This document shows, one piece after another, positions 1-9,788 of a stretch of DNA of 40,679 nucleotides. The first letter of the stretch is position 1. Every line of letters begins with the position of its first letter. The DNA comes from Bdellovibrionota bacterium (GTDB taxonomy: Bacteria; Bdellovibrionota_C; UBA2361). The DNA lies in the NCBI GenBank assembly GCA_044352465.1, contig JBILDU010000013.1:1-40679 (forward strand), in the 5' to 3' direction. The notes under the pieces were generated by a model that worked only from the letters and a program-made list of their open reading frames with translations, had not been told where the DNA came from and did not search any database. A program made the translations under genes and the position numbers.

Positions 1-1
1 T

Positions 2-1162
2 CGCGGCGTCACGAAACCAGAAACGGCGGTAGGTATATGGCCCAGGGAAGATATCTCCAGGGGACAATAGCGCCAGAGTTCGACTCGCCGCTCGGCACAG
101 ATAATTGAGGTGGTTGTCCCCGAGATCAAAGAGCGAACCATCGCGAGCTATCTCCGACCACGCCATCGCACGCGGCTTTTGGCGCCGCGGTAACCGCTGC
201 GATGAGTCAAATTCGAGTTCCGCGTTAGTGGACGGGACATTGATGGTGACCCGAGCGTGTCCCTCTGGAAGGGGAAAGATCGCCGCCCCTGTCGCCATAC
301 CGACGGAGCAAACAATCGACCGCGCGGACCGCTCGATATCTGCGGAGCCACATCGAGGGATATTCTTGTATCCTTGCTCGATCAGCGAACGATAGACGTC
401 TCCTTGGGTATATTTTGATAATAGAATCGCCTCGGGCGGAGTGTCGAAGTGAAAAGCGGTCTCTCCATTCACCCACCACTCTACCCAGTTGGTCGCAACG
501 TCGACGCTTTCGATAAAACTGATCCCCTCCGGATTATACGGTCGTAACGCCACAACGAGAGCGGCACCGGGAAGTCCGCGTGCGGTAACGGCGACCTGGG
601 TCGAGATCCGCTCTCCTCGCTCACCTACCGAGGCTTCGGTATGGAGGCGTAGCGGGCCCCTTTCAGTCTCGGTTATCACGCTGAGTGTGTCCCCCATCTC
701 AAGAGATTGGTGACAAGCCCCCTCCCGCGAGGGGATGAGCTCCCCAGCCCTGCTATCCACCATCCAGACATCGAGCGACCACCCATCGTAGTGCGGCGTC
801 ACGAGCCCACGGGGATCAACGAGGGGATACATCGCCCGCCCGGGGAGTCCGAGAGCGGTCCAATTACGATGGGTCAGATTCACATGGGTGATCGAAAATG
901 CCCGGGGGATAAACGATTCATCACGTGGATCGAACTGACACTCCACCCACCATGGCCACACCCAATCAAGATTGTGCTGAATGACGCGTGCATTAATCAA
1001 ACCACGCGCATGCAAAACCACTCCAGCCCTGAGGAGTTCAACCGGTTGCGCGACCTCCGCCGGCTGACCGAAACTCTCCAGTCGAGCCAAAATCGAGATC
1101 GGATCGATAAATCCGTGTTTGCGTGCGGTCCAACTGATAATATTCTTAAGAGGAAACCACAC
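2..1162 (-). CDS. Six-hairpin glycosidase-like protein, 3'-partial (runs off window start)
   Basis: Absent from the ORF track because there is no stop inside the window. Translated by hand: GTG at 1162, MWFPLKNIISWTARKHGFIDP...QHNLDWVWPWWVECQFDP...THRNWTALG, open to position 2 and ending PGPYTYRRFWFRDAA. WxRD is typical of (alpha/alpha)6 glycoside hydrolases. GGAGG upstream. Confidence 0.75.
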   Translation of the reverse strand, partial: MWFPLKNIISWTARKHGFIDPISILARLESFGQPAEVAQPVELLRAGVVLHARGLINARVIQHNLDWVWPWWVECQFDPRDESFIPRAFSITHVNLTHRNWTALGLPGRAMYPLVDPRGLVTPHYDGWSLDVWMVDSRAGELIPSREGACHQSLEMGDTLSVITETERGPLRLHTEASVGERGERISTQVAVTARGLPGAALVVALRPYNPEGISFIESVDVATNWVEWWVNGETAFHFDTPPEAILLSKYTQGDVYRSLIEQGYKNIPRCGSADIERSARSIVCSVGMATGAAIFPLPEGHARVTINVPSTNAELEFDSSQRLPRRQKPRAMAWSEIARDGSLFDLGDNHLNYLCRAASRTLALLSPGDIFPGPYTYRRFWFRDAA

Positions 1163-1243
1163 GCGCCCCACCGTCCCTCCGCAGCCCTTCACGTACGGCC
1201 AGCCCGTAAGCGAACTCAGGGCACGAGCGATAAACTCCGCCGC

Positions 1244-1582
1244 TCAACTACGAATCGCGCCCGGTGTCATCTTCGACGACTCCGGTGTACTCGCGGCTGG
1301 TTTCTTCCCCCGCTTACTCCCCCTCGCCTCTCCGCCCTTCCGCCCGATAGCTGCCATATGGGCCCGATCTTGACTCACGGCCTGACCACCTTTACGGCCC
1401 GCTTCACGGGCTTCCTCAGAGCTAAACTCGTGGGCGGTACCGGCAAGATGGGCCGCCCGTCCACCTTTGCTTGCGATCTCGCGCTGTTTAGCCGGATCCA
1501 TTGAGGCGAAACCCCGCTCCGACTTACCGCTCCGGGCCTTACGCTCCGTCGACTCACTCGCTCCTGCGCCATTCTTCGCCAT
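1244..1582 (-). CDS. KGG-repeat general stress protein (GsiB/YciG-like)
   Basis: RGFASMDPAKQREIASKGG, HEFSSEEAREAGRKGG and HMAAIGRKGG repeats; GAGGTGAGG RBS. Confidence 0.92.
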   Translation of the reverse strand: MAKNGAGASESTERKARSGKSERGFASMDPAKQREIASKGGRAAHLAGTAHEFSSEEAREAGRKGGQAVSQDRAHMAAIGRKGGEARGSKRGKKPAASTPESSKMTPGAIRS

Positions 1583-1615
1583 GCCTCACCTCTCTTCAGT
1601 TCTCTATCAACGAAC

Positions 1616-2200
1616 TCAAGGTAAACCATCAAGCGAGATAACTTTATGACTCGAATCATCTTGTTGAGCAGCCCAGCCGCACAGCAGCGAACGATCGCCG
1701 GCGGCATCACCAAAGCAGGTTCGAATGTACTGCGGAACGTCGGCAACAAGCTCAAGCAGATCGCGACGGAGCGCCGTAATGCGAGCCGCCATCTCCGCTG
1801 CGCCCGCCCGCGTCAGTTCGTGACCGAGCACCGAGCAGTCAAAGATAATCCGATGCACCAACCACTCGGCCGTCAGGAGCGCCTGCGGAAACGCGCGCCC
1901 CTCGTCCCTGTCGTCATCGCCTGCCCGATCTAACCTCTGCCCCAACGCGACAGCTCGGTCATCGAGGGCACGATGCTCATGAAAGTCGAGGGTCGCCTCA
2001 AGGAGCTCGAAAAAAGCCGCAGCCTCGCTAACCTCGCCGTCACTCCCTTGAAGGCGATCCAACACTCTATTCAGGTAAACCTGTATCTCCGCGCGCCTCT
2101 TTGCGACGCACCGCTGCAGCTCCTCAATCGTTCGAAGTCCAGCCTGCCTCTGCCCTGTGTGTCTACCACTCTCTTTACGAAATACCGTCGCACGCTTCAC
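1616..2200 (-). CDS. Hypothetical helical protein
   Basis: Fills the gap between co-oriented genes. GTG at 2200 has a G/A-rich RBS; the ORF extends to 2224. No recognisable motif. Confidence 0.55.
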   Translation of the reverse strand: MKRATVFRKESGRHTGQRQAGLRTIEELQRCVAKRRAEIQVYLNRVLDRLQGSDGEVSEAAAFFELLEATLDFHEHRALDDRAVALGQRLDRAGDDDRDEGRAFPQALLTAEWLVHRIIFDCSVLGHELTRAGAAEMAARITALRRDLLELVADVPQYIRTCFGDAAGDRSLLCGWAAQQDDSSHKVISLDGLP

Positions 2201-2213
2201 TCGTCCCCCTCCC

Positions 2214-3170
2214 TCATAATGCAAATACGTTCGAGGCTTTCAGCTCCTCCACTTGCTCGTGCCACCAGATCCGTTCGATCTCTCGCGGAAAGCGCTCTCG
2301 CAACTCAGCGAGAAAAGCGATTAAGGCGTCCTCACGAGGCACATCAAGTAAGACCTCATGATCCCAATCCCCCAAAAAATTCGTGAGCCCACAGACGTGT
2401 TCGTGCTCCTCGCAGAACTCGATCAACCGCCGCTTGACCCGCAGATCGGTGGTCCGTCTCCGCACAAGAACTCCGTAGCGGATCCGTTGAACCGCCTCAG
2501 GTTGGAATCGATAGGTGAAGCCCGCGATGACCTCGAGGCGCCGGAGTCTCTCGACCCGACAATTGATTTCCTCCACGGGAATCCCGACTTCGTGACTAAG
2601 AGCTGCGGCATTAAAATGCCGCCGCGGAAGTAATCCCGCTATCAGCCGCCGATCGATCTCATCAAGTTCGGGTATGTATTTTGTAGCGGAAGCTCGAAGA
2701 GGGACCCGATCGATTGGAGCCTGAGTCAGGCTTTTGTGACCAAAGAACCGATAATTCTCGACGACGAGAAAATACCGCCGAATCACGGTATGTCGTAATC
2801 CAATGAGAAGGTCATCAAAAAGCTCAATCACATCAGCGAGCGCCGGTGCGACGACACCCATACTGAATTCACCGGTCGCGCGATGGCGACGTAGCCACGC
2901 CACCTGGCGCGCCCGCATAATCAGGGGTAAATACTTGTCGACAACAAAATCATCGACGATACGAAAACCAACCGTGTAGGGGGTTAGCCCGATACGAAAA
3001 GGATCAAGAAATGGTGCCTTGATGAGGAGCCCGTGTTGTACGAGGGCCGCAATACCCCCTTCAACATCCAGCTCTGCATTCCCCAGCTCCATCTGCACCA
3101 GCCCTGCCGGCTTATGAGCATGAAGCTCTACCGATGCAACGAGGTCAACCGCAGCCGAGGAGATCCGCAT
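2214..3170 (-). CDS. Tandem (double) Lrp/AsnC-like winged-helix transcriptional regulator
   Basis: C-terminal half ELDEIDRRLIAGL...AALSHEVGIPVEEINCRVERLRRLEVIAGF plus GDWDHEV is Lrp/AsnC-like. N-terminal half is a more degenerate repeat (PFLDPFRIGLTPY, TGEFSMGV). Start at ATG 3170 inferred. Confidence 0.7.
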   Translation of the reverse strand: MRISSAAVDLVASVELHAHKPAGLVQMELGNAELDVEGGIAALVQHGLLIKAPFLDPFRIGLTPYTVGFRIVDDFVVDKYLPLIMRARQVAWLRRHRATGEFSMGVVAPALADVIELFDDLLIGLRHTVIRRYFLVVENYRFFGHKSLTQAPIDRVPLRASATKYIPELDEIDRRLIAGLLPRRHFNAAALSHEVGIPVEEINCRVERLRRLEVIAGFTYRFQPEAVQRIRYGVLVRRRTTDLRVKRRLIEFCEEHEHVCGLTNFLGDWDHEVLLDVPREDALIAFLAELRERFPREIERIWWHEQVEELKASNVFAL

Positions 3171-3388
3171 GACTTCTTGTATCGCTACGGGGCATTGTCC
3201 ACCATGACAGACCGCAGGTCGACGACCCGCCTCGCACAAAGCACCATCGCTGCGCCGCAACATATCTGGCGCGCTCCTCTTACGGCAAAATCAGCCAAGT
3301 TTGCCACTGTCTCGGCAAACGATCGTCGAGGTGGCGGCGCACCGTGTGAGCAACCCCAGTCGGCGACACAAACTGAAGAGGAGATTGT

Positions 3389-3559
3389 ATGCTAAGTTGG
3401 TCGATTGCTTTTTTTATTATTGCGATGATCGCCGCCGTATTCGGCTTCGGCGGTATCGCTGGCACGATGGCTGGGATCGCGAAGATTTTATTCTTTCTAT
3501 TTATGGTTCTCTTCGTAGCCTCGCTGATTATGGGTAAGAAGCGAACTCCGATTCCGTAA
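3389..3559 (+). CDS. DUF1328 (YtjA/UPF0391) small membrane protein, 56 aa
   Basis: Below the ORF-track cutoff. Hand translation [65 protein letters not shown]. Confidence 0.93.
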   Translation: MLSWSIAFFIIAMIAAVFGFGGIAGTMAGIAKILFFLFMVLFVASLIMGKKRTPIP

Positions 3560-3639
3560 AGCGGGGTGGGCGCTCGGCGACCGGAAGACAGATCTCTCCG
3601 CTCCTCGAGCGCTTCGCCCACTCCGCTAGCGGCGAACCG

Positions 3640-4779
3640 TCAAATGCCCTCCGCCAGCTCCCCGACCCGCTCCAAGTCGAGGATTCGAATAACCCCCGGA
3701 CGGCTCAGATCGAGTAGTCCGTCACGTTCCATCGCCTTGGTCGTACGGATGGCCGTTTCTGGGGTCGTTCCCGTAAGGTCAGCGACCTCTTGGCGGGTGA
3801 TGTTGACGGTGAAGATTCCTTTGTCGGCGGATGAGCGTGCAAATGAAGGCACGAGCGATTTCAAGGCCACGGCGATTCGAGTCTCCACTCGATCGTGAGC
3901 GAGGCCTCGCGACACCTCGTGAGAACGCCGCAGTCGCTCCGACATACGCCGAGCAAAACCTTTGTAAATGTCGGGATAATCTTCCAAAATCAACGTCAGA
4001 TTAGCTTTCGGTATCCAGAGGACTTCGGTGTCAATTTGCGCTCGTGCCGAAAGCGCCGCCGGTGCGTTCTCGAACTGGCTCATCAGCGCGAAAAGGTCAC
4101 CCGGGGCCATGAGCTCAACGATCAGCTCCCGTCCGCTTGCGGAGGTCTTGACCATCGCCACCCGGCCCGATGTCACGATAAAGGCCGATTGCTCGACATC
4201 TCCTTCGTAAGAAAGATAGTCACCCGCTTTCACTGACGCAAACCGGCATGCGTTACTGAGAGTGCGGAGCTCCGCTTCAGGAATCTGGGGAAAAGGTTCG
4301 AGCTTTTTGAGAAAGTCGAAAGGAGTATATTTTCCGCCACGTCCGTCAGCCGGAAACTCAACGACGACCGGCGCCGCCGCTCGCTCGCCAGTAGGACGCC
4401 CCTCACGCTCACGGCGGTGCAAGGTGAGCTCTATCGCTGTGCGGAGCTCCGCCTCTTCAAACGGCTTGAGAACGTAGCCATAGGGGTCAACTATCTTCGC
4501 GCGGCTCAGCGTCCCCTCATCCGCATAGGCGGTGAGAAATATCACCGGAATATCCCGCTGCGCCCGAATTTGAGCGGCCGTCGAGATCCCGTCCATGGCC
4601 CCCTTGAGCATAATATCCATGAGGATGAGATCGGGCTTCTTCTCTTGCGCCTGCTCAACCGCGGACTGGCCGTTATCACAAACACCAACGACCCCGTAAC
4701 CCAGATGCTCCAGACTCTGCTGGATATCAAGTGCGGTTATCCCCTCATCCTCAACCACTAAGATACTCGCTTTCGTCAT
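3640..4779 (-). CDS. Response regulator receiver fused to Crp/Fnr-family regulator
   Basis: REC (ILVVEDE, LILMDIML, FLTAY, KPF), cNMP-binding-fold domain, HTH ITRQEVADLTGTTPETAIR. Confidence 0.9.
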   Translation of the reverse strand: MTKASILVVEDEGITALDIQQSLEHLGYGVVGVCDNGQSAVEQAQEKKPDLILMDIMLKGAMDGISTAAQIRAQRDIPVIFLTAYADEGTLSRAKIVDPYGYVLKPFEEAELRTAIELTLHRREREGRPTGERAAAPVVVEFPADGRGGKYTPFDFLKKLEPFPQIPEAELRTLSNACRFASVKAGDYLSYEGDVEQSAFIVTSGRVAMVKTSASGRELIVELMAPGDLFALMSQFENAPAALSARAQIDTEVLWIPKANLTLILEDYPDIYKGFARRMSERLRRSHEVSRGLAHDRVETRIAVALKSLVPSFARSSADKGIFTVNITRQEVADLTGTTPETAIRTTKAMERDGLLDLSRPGVIRILDLERVGELAEGI

Positions 4780-4787
4780 AACTCCTT

Positions 4788-5624
4788 TTAGTTAGACTTC
4801 CCCAAAGGGAAGTCGATTAGACACGTCGTGCCCCGACCACGAATGAATGAATATCTACCATCAAGCTGCTGCACGAGACTCCCGACAAGGCGAAACCCCA
4901 GTGAGGACGCGGTCATCGGATCGATATGCTCAGCCAAGCCGACCCCGTCATCGCTCACCTGAAGCTGCAAGCGGTGCCCGTCAGTCTTCGCGAGTTGAAC
5001 CGTGATCGCCCCACTGCTCTCGTCGGGGAATCCATGCTTCATCGCATTCGTCATCAGTTCGTTAACCACGAGTCCGAAGGGCACGGCATGATCGAGATCA
5101 ATGAAGGCCGGACAACCCTCGATTCTTAACTTGACGCGCGCACCCAAGCTAAAGGCCGAGATGAGCTTGGTGCCGAGTTTTCGCAGGTACTCCCCCGCTT
5201 CGATGCGCGTCATATTTTCCGACTGATACAAAAGCTCATGAATAAGCGCGATCGACTTAATACGAAGCTGACTCTCCTCGCACGCTCGTTGCCCCTCCGG
5301 ACTCAGCGAGGCTCTGCCCTGGAGACTCAAAAGGCTCGAGATGACCTGGAGATTATTTTTTACTCGGTGATGGATCTCCCGAATCAATAACTCTTTCTCG
5401 CGCAACGCCTCACGCAGCACATAACAGCTGAGGACTTTGGAGCTCTCCGTTGCGGGATCGATCACCGGTAGGGGCTCCACAACACTCGGACTCACTTCGA
5501 CACAAGCACACGGCTTGCCCTCAGCATCGATAACCACACGGCCAGACGACCCAAGAACACCGACTTCTGCTTGCGCTAACGCATGCACACGGGCGCTCTT
5601 TATTTTTTCATCGGTATCCGACAC
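4788..5624 (-). CDS. Cytoplasmic HisKA_2 (HWE-superfamily) histidine kinase
   Basis: [12 protein letters not shown]-box, [11 protein letters not shown]-box, DDGVG, SLGFRLV. Confidence 0.92.
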   Translation of the reverse strand: MSDTDEKIKSARVHALAQAEVGVLGSSGRVVIDAEGKPCACVEVSPSVVEPLPVIDPATESSKVLSCYVLREALREKELLIREIHHRVKNNLQVISSLLSLQGRASLSPEGQRACEESQLRIKSIALIHELLYQSENMTRIEAGEYLRKLGTKLISAFSLGARVKLRIEGCPAFIDLDHAVPFGLVVNELMTNAMKHGFPDESSGAITVQLAKTDGHRLQLQVSDDGVGLAEHIDPMTASSLGFRLVGSLVQQLDGRYSFIRGRGTTCLIDFPLGKSN

Positions 5625-5853
5625 ATATCCTCTCTTTTGGAGATTCTCCTATGTGTTTCGGATGAACCTCCTCGAACCTTGTAACCAAATGGTAAGGCGT
5701 AGCCTCGCGGAATACCACCGTTTCAGTAAGGCCAACTTAGGGGATTAGGGTACGGCAGAGCGCGCTCCAAGCCGCATGCGCTGGATCATATTGCGCCATG
5801 CATAGGCTGCTTGAGCCCTCAACTGCTTGATTAGACCATGCTTTTTACGCCCC

Positions 5854-7272
5854 TCAGCCAATCGAGGCAAGCGCGAAAGAATCGCCTTGAGCGCTCGACT
5901 GGGCTAAGGCGGCTCGAGCTCGTGAGATCCCAGCCTCATCCCGTGCCCGGAGCGCCTGCTCAAGCAAGCGCGCAAATGCACCGACGTCGGGGAGTCCGAA
6001 GATAGTCGCCGCCTTAAGGGTGTGGACGATCCGCGCAGCACGGTCGAAGTCGCGTCGCTCCAGGGCCCCGTCGAGTTCGGAGAGGAGCGGTCCTAGGTCC
6101 CGTTTATAGTCGGAGATGAGCCGCTGCTCATCGGTCGGCTGCTTATCTCCCCATACGGTTTGCAGAACTGCGCGAACGTTCGATAACGAGATCGGCTTCT
6201 CAAGCTTGAAATCCCACCAAGGGAATAGGACCGCCGCATGACCACTCCTCCGATGGGCACAGAGAGCAACGACCTTGGTCCGAGGTCGCAATTTTTGAAA
6301 AGACACGGCGAACCGCGCGTCCTTCAAGAAAGGATCCTCGTGATCGATCCACACGGAGTGAGGCTCAAGCTGTCGAGCGAGCTCGATGAGATTTTGAGTC
6401 GTCGGTATTTCATACGCGCTTATACCGTGAGCCTCCAGCGCATGATTCAAGCTCCGAGCGGTGAGCGGAGAACGCTCTACAATAATCGCCACCCCCGCAT
6501 ATCTCGTATCGGGGAGGCCGGCCACTTCACGGGGAAGCGAACCCACGTCGCTCTCCGCACGGAGGTACGGACCGACTCTTGGGAGAGCGTAGCTTATCTC
6601 CGTTGAAAACGTTCCCAGAGATTCAATCCCCCAACGGACCTCACCACCATCGAGAAGGGTGCGTTTGATCAGACGCGCCAGTCTACCCACGTGGTGCCCT
6701 CCCCTACCGTTGAGCATGGCTTCCTGCCGCGCCCGTACAAACTGCCGCATCGCACGGTGAGCCGCTACCGCACCGCGGGTATCAACCAGAGACACAAACA
6801 ATCGCTCTTGAGCTGGATCGTAGCGAAACGAGACTGTCACCATCCCCGAGTAGGTGCGCCGCAGAGCCTCCCGAAACAACATCCAGAGAGACTCCTGCAT
6901 CACCCCAGCTCGATCGAGAAATCCCCAGGGCAGGGGAAAAGTTCCAACGATGTGAACGGCCACCCTCCGGTGCGGCTCCCGCAGCCCGCTGTAAAGTCGC
7001 AGATCGCGAATCAATTGCCCAACGGGGCATATCGGCTGATTCCACTCGCTTGACTTTCGACGGCTGGCTGTTGAGAGCAATCGAGCTTGAAGGTGCAAAA
7101 GATTACTGAGGCGCTCTCGCTGCGCGTGGCGCATATCGGGTTGAAGAAGCTGTCGCGAGATCTCCTCCATACGTCGCGCCGTCTCGCGAGCCTCCGCAAG
7201 CAGCCTCTCCCCCTCTGCGCGTGAGCGTCGGACTCGATGAACGTGACTATGCTGACTCACCGGTTCCTCCAT
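5854..7272 (-). CDS. Degenerate hybrid kinase-like protein with REC-like and Hpt domains
   Basis: Eroded HATPase (LFREALRRTYSGMVTV...VDTRG), REC-like (AIIVERSP, SVWID, LEKPI), C-terminal Hpt RIVHTLKAA. Confidence 0.7.
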   Translation of the reverse strand: MEEPVSQHSHVHRVRRSRAEGERLLAEARETARRMEEISRQLLQPDMRHAQRERLSNLLHLQARLLSTASRRKSSEWNQPICPVGQLIRDLRLYSGLREPHRRVAVHIVGTFPLPWGFLDRAGVMQESLWMLFREALRRTYSGMVTVSFRYDPAQERLFVSLVDTRGAVAAHRAMRQFVRARQEAMLNGRGGHHVGRLARLIKRTLLDGGEVRWGIESLGTFSTEISYALPRVGPYLRAESDVGSLPREVAGLPDTRYAGVAIIVERSPLTARSLNHALEAHGISAYEIPTTQNLIELARQLEPHSVWIDHEDPFLKDARFAVSFQKLRPRTKVVALCAHRRSGHAAVLFPWWDFKLEKPISLSNVRAVLQTVWGDKQPTDEQRLISDYKRDLGPLLSELDGALERRDFDRAARIVHTLKAATIFGLPDVGAFARLLEQALRARDEAGISRARAALAQSSAQGDSFALASIG

Positions 7273-7631
7273 CAGAGAAGAGAATTCATAGGAGCGCTTC
7301 GGTAGCCGACTGGGTTCACTTCACGCTACTCCGAAGCTGATTTGTGCCGAACCCCTCGCCTTCTCTCTTTGGCCGGGGCGGCCCACGTCCCAAATCAGCA
7401 TTTCGTCCGGCACCCGTAGCCGTCGACGGCCTCACCGGACCGTCGACGGCTGTTGGATGCACGAATGATACATTTCCGACTTATTTTTGCTTCATGGTAT
7501 ATTTCATGGGGGTCACTCCGCTCGTCATGAAACAAAGTCGGCGACGTGCCCCTTTCAATAAGTTCTTTCACTTCGTTTCCAGTTTGAGCGCACCCTGCAA
7601 AAGCGGGCCATGGATGGCCCGCCACACCGCG

Positions 7632-8186
7632 CTAGCTCTGCGCAGCGGCCTCCTGCGAACCGTTGCGGCTCTTGAACAGGCCACTTTTGCCCCGGGATTC
7701 CTTCGGCGACACGTTCTGAATCTTTATCTTATGCGAGCGACTGCGCGCCTCTTCTGACTTCGGGAGAACGATATTCAGAACCCCACGGTTAAACGTTGCC
7801 TCCACTTTCGCCTCATCGATGTCGACTCCAAGAGGGATCTGCCGCTCGAACGAACCAGCCGCACACTCTGAATAGCAACGGCCCTCCTCTTTCTCCTCAT
7901 GCTGAACGGTTTTCTCGCCACGAATCGTGAGGAGCCGCTTCTCGAGTAGGATCTCAACGTCTTCTTCATCAAGCCCCGGGAGCTCCGCCATGACGGAGAT
8001 ATCCTTATCCGACTCGACGATATTGATCCGGGGAACGAAGGACATCGGTCGCTGCCACGCAGGGACACCACCACTCGCCCAGAAATCCTCGAAAAACCTA
8101 TCGATCTGTCGATGCAGCGGCGTCAACATGGAGCCAAGAGCAGGCTCATGCCGGCGTAAAGACGGGAGAAAGTCGGTGAGTGACAT
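7632..8186 (-). CDS. Hsp20/alpha-crystallin small heat shock protein
   Basis: PRINIVE, AELPGLDEEDVEI, GSFERQIPL, ATFNRGVLNIVLPK. Confidence 0.95.
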   Translation of the reverse strand: MSLTDFLPSLRRHEPALGSMLTPLHRQIDRFFEDFWASGGVPAWQRPMSFVPRINIVESDKDISVMAELPGLDEEDVEILLEKRLLTIRGEKTVQHEEKEEGRCYSECAAGSFERQIPLGVDIDEAKVEATFNRGVLNIVLPKSEEARSRSHKIKIQNVSPKESRGKSGLFKSRNGSQEAAAQS

Positions 8187-8259
8187 AAGAGCACCTCATA
8201 AAGTTTGTTTGAGATGCTTCTCCTCTACCAAGGCAACCGAGGGCCAGATATGAGCCGTA

Positions 8260-8673
8260 TCACGGCCGCGGCTGGGCTTTCGACATCAATCCGGTCACCT
8301 TCTCAACGAGCACACTCGCGGTGAAGGGCTTCACGACGTAGTCAGATACACCCGCCGCAAGGGCAGCTTGGACGCTCTCACGATAGGCCTCGGCGGTGAG
8401 CATAAGAAAAGGGGTCCGTCGCAGGCGCGGGTCGGCGCGCACCTTGGTGAGGAGCTCAAGCCCCGTGGAGTGGGGCATGTTCCAATCACAGACGATGAGA
8501 TCGATCTTAAGAACATCCTGAAGAATCTTAAACGCCAGGACGCCGTTCTCAGCGAGGGCGAAGTTTGCAAAGCCCATCCCGCTGAGAATCGCCCGCACCA
8601 TCTCACGGGTGATGTGATGATCGTCGACGACCAGCACACGCCATTTTTCGTCTATTTTCAGCGGCTCTGTCAT
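8260..8673 (-). CDS. Single-domain CheY-like response regulator
   Basis: VLVVDD, IVCDWNMP, PFLMLTAE, YVVKPF. Confidence 0.92.
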   Translation of the reverse strand: MTEPLKIDEKWRVLVVDDHHITREMVRAILSGMGFANFALAENGVLAFKILQDVLKIDLIVCDWNMPHSTGLELLTKVRADPRLRRTPFLMLTAEAYRESVQAALAAGVSDYVVKPFTASVLVEKVTGLMSKAQPRP

Positions 8674-8741
8674 GTTTACCTATAAAATCGTACGCTCGTG
8701 AAGCGACTTTGTAAGGTCGGGACTTCCCGGTTATTGGCTCA

Positions 8742-9788
8742 TTAGCGCGGAGTCTTCCCCCGCGCGGGCTTTAACCGCACAAGGTTTCGGTACCTTTCAC
8801 GGCGCTCCATCGCACCGGACACGTACCCCTTCTCGCCACGCGAGACGAGTATCTTTTTTACCTCAGCCCGACGCTCGGCGGTCCCGGGATGGGTTGCGAA
8901 CCATCCTTCATCAGCAGGAGTCATTCCCGCCATGACCCCCAGGACCGTATCCATCTGCCGCGGATCGTACCCAACTCGAACCATCGTTGTCATCCCGCCA
9001 GCATCGGCTGAAAACTCCTGCTCCTGGCTGTAGCCCCGATTGAGCAACGTTCCAACGATATCATCAACAACTCCACCGAACACCCCGACCGTTTGGCCGA
9101 GGAGCTCGTTACAGTTGATGCTCGCAGCTACCTTGGCGATCTCAGCGACCGCAGCCGCAAGCCGATCCCGCGAGATCGATTTTAGCCCATGCTGATCGAC
9201 GACATGGATAACTTCGTGCCCCAGCACCGCAGCCAGCGCGTCTTCGTTAGGCAATACCTTGAGAAGCCCCGTCGTCACAAAGATAAAACCTCCGGGCGCT
9301 GCGATGGCATTCGGCACATCGGTCTCGAGCACCGCGAAGTGGTATCCTCCGAACGTTTCCGGGACATCGGAGGCGAGCGCAACCGCGTACCCAACCCGCT
9401 CAACATAGTCGGTGAGAGTCTTGTTCGTTGAGAGCGGGTAGACCGTCACTATCTTCGCCGCAACCGCCCGACCGATGTAATACTCCTCCTCTGGGGTTAT
9501 CTCCTTGGAGAGCTCCAGAACACTCTCGCCGGTTGAAACGACCCGCCCTACCGGAGTAGCTCCGAGAAGGGCGAGCGTTCGGTCGCCGATCGCCGAGAGG
9601 GACAGATCTTTTGAGGAACACCCGGCCAACAAAGCCGCCACGACGCCCGCAACGACCGCCCGACCCAAGTTCAGAGAAATAAGCGAACCTTGCTTCGACC
9701 GACACGGGCCGGAGCGCGAAGGGCGAGAAGCGCGGAAACACCGCGACGTCGAAATCAAGCCAGAGAGAGTCTCACGGTTGCTAGCCAC
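8742..9788 (-). CDS. M48-family Zn metallopeptidase lipoprotein (copy 2)
   Basis: Lipobox LLAGC, NAIAAPGGFIFV, HEVIH, QEFSAD, WFATHP; true start may lie downstream of 9788. Confidence 0.9.
   Translation of the reverse strand: MASNRETLSGLISTSRCFRASRPSRSGPCRSKQGSLISLNLGRAVVAGVVAALLAGCSSKDLSLSAIGDRTLALLGATPVGRVVSTGESVLELSKEITPEEEYYIGRAVAAKIVTVYPLSTNKTLTDYVERVGYAVALASDVPETFGGYHFAVLETDVPNAIAAPGGFIFVTTGLLKVLPNEDALAAVLGHEVIHVVDQHGLKSISRDRLAAAVAEIAKVAASINCNELLGQTVGVFGGVVDDIVGTLLNRGYSQEQEFSADAGGMTTMVRVGYDPRQMDTVLGVMAGMTPADEGWFATHPGTAERRAEVKKILVSRGEKGYVSGAMERRERYRNLVRLKPARGKTPR

Noticed and set aside
707..1504. 265-aa + strand ORF
   Set aside because: Antisense shadow of the glycosidase-like and KGG genes; no motifs
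3280..3621. 113-aa minus-strand ORF
   Set aside because: Antisense to the clear DUF1328 gene
7395..7625. 76-aa ORF between hsp20 and the pseudo-kinase
   Set aside because: No RBS or family resemblance; cannot be supported, though not excluded
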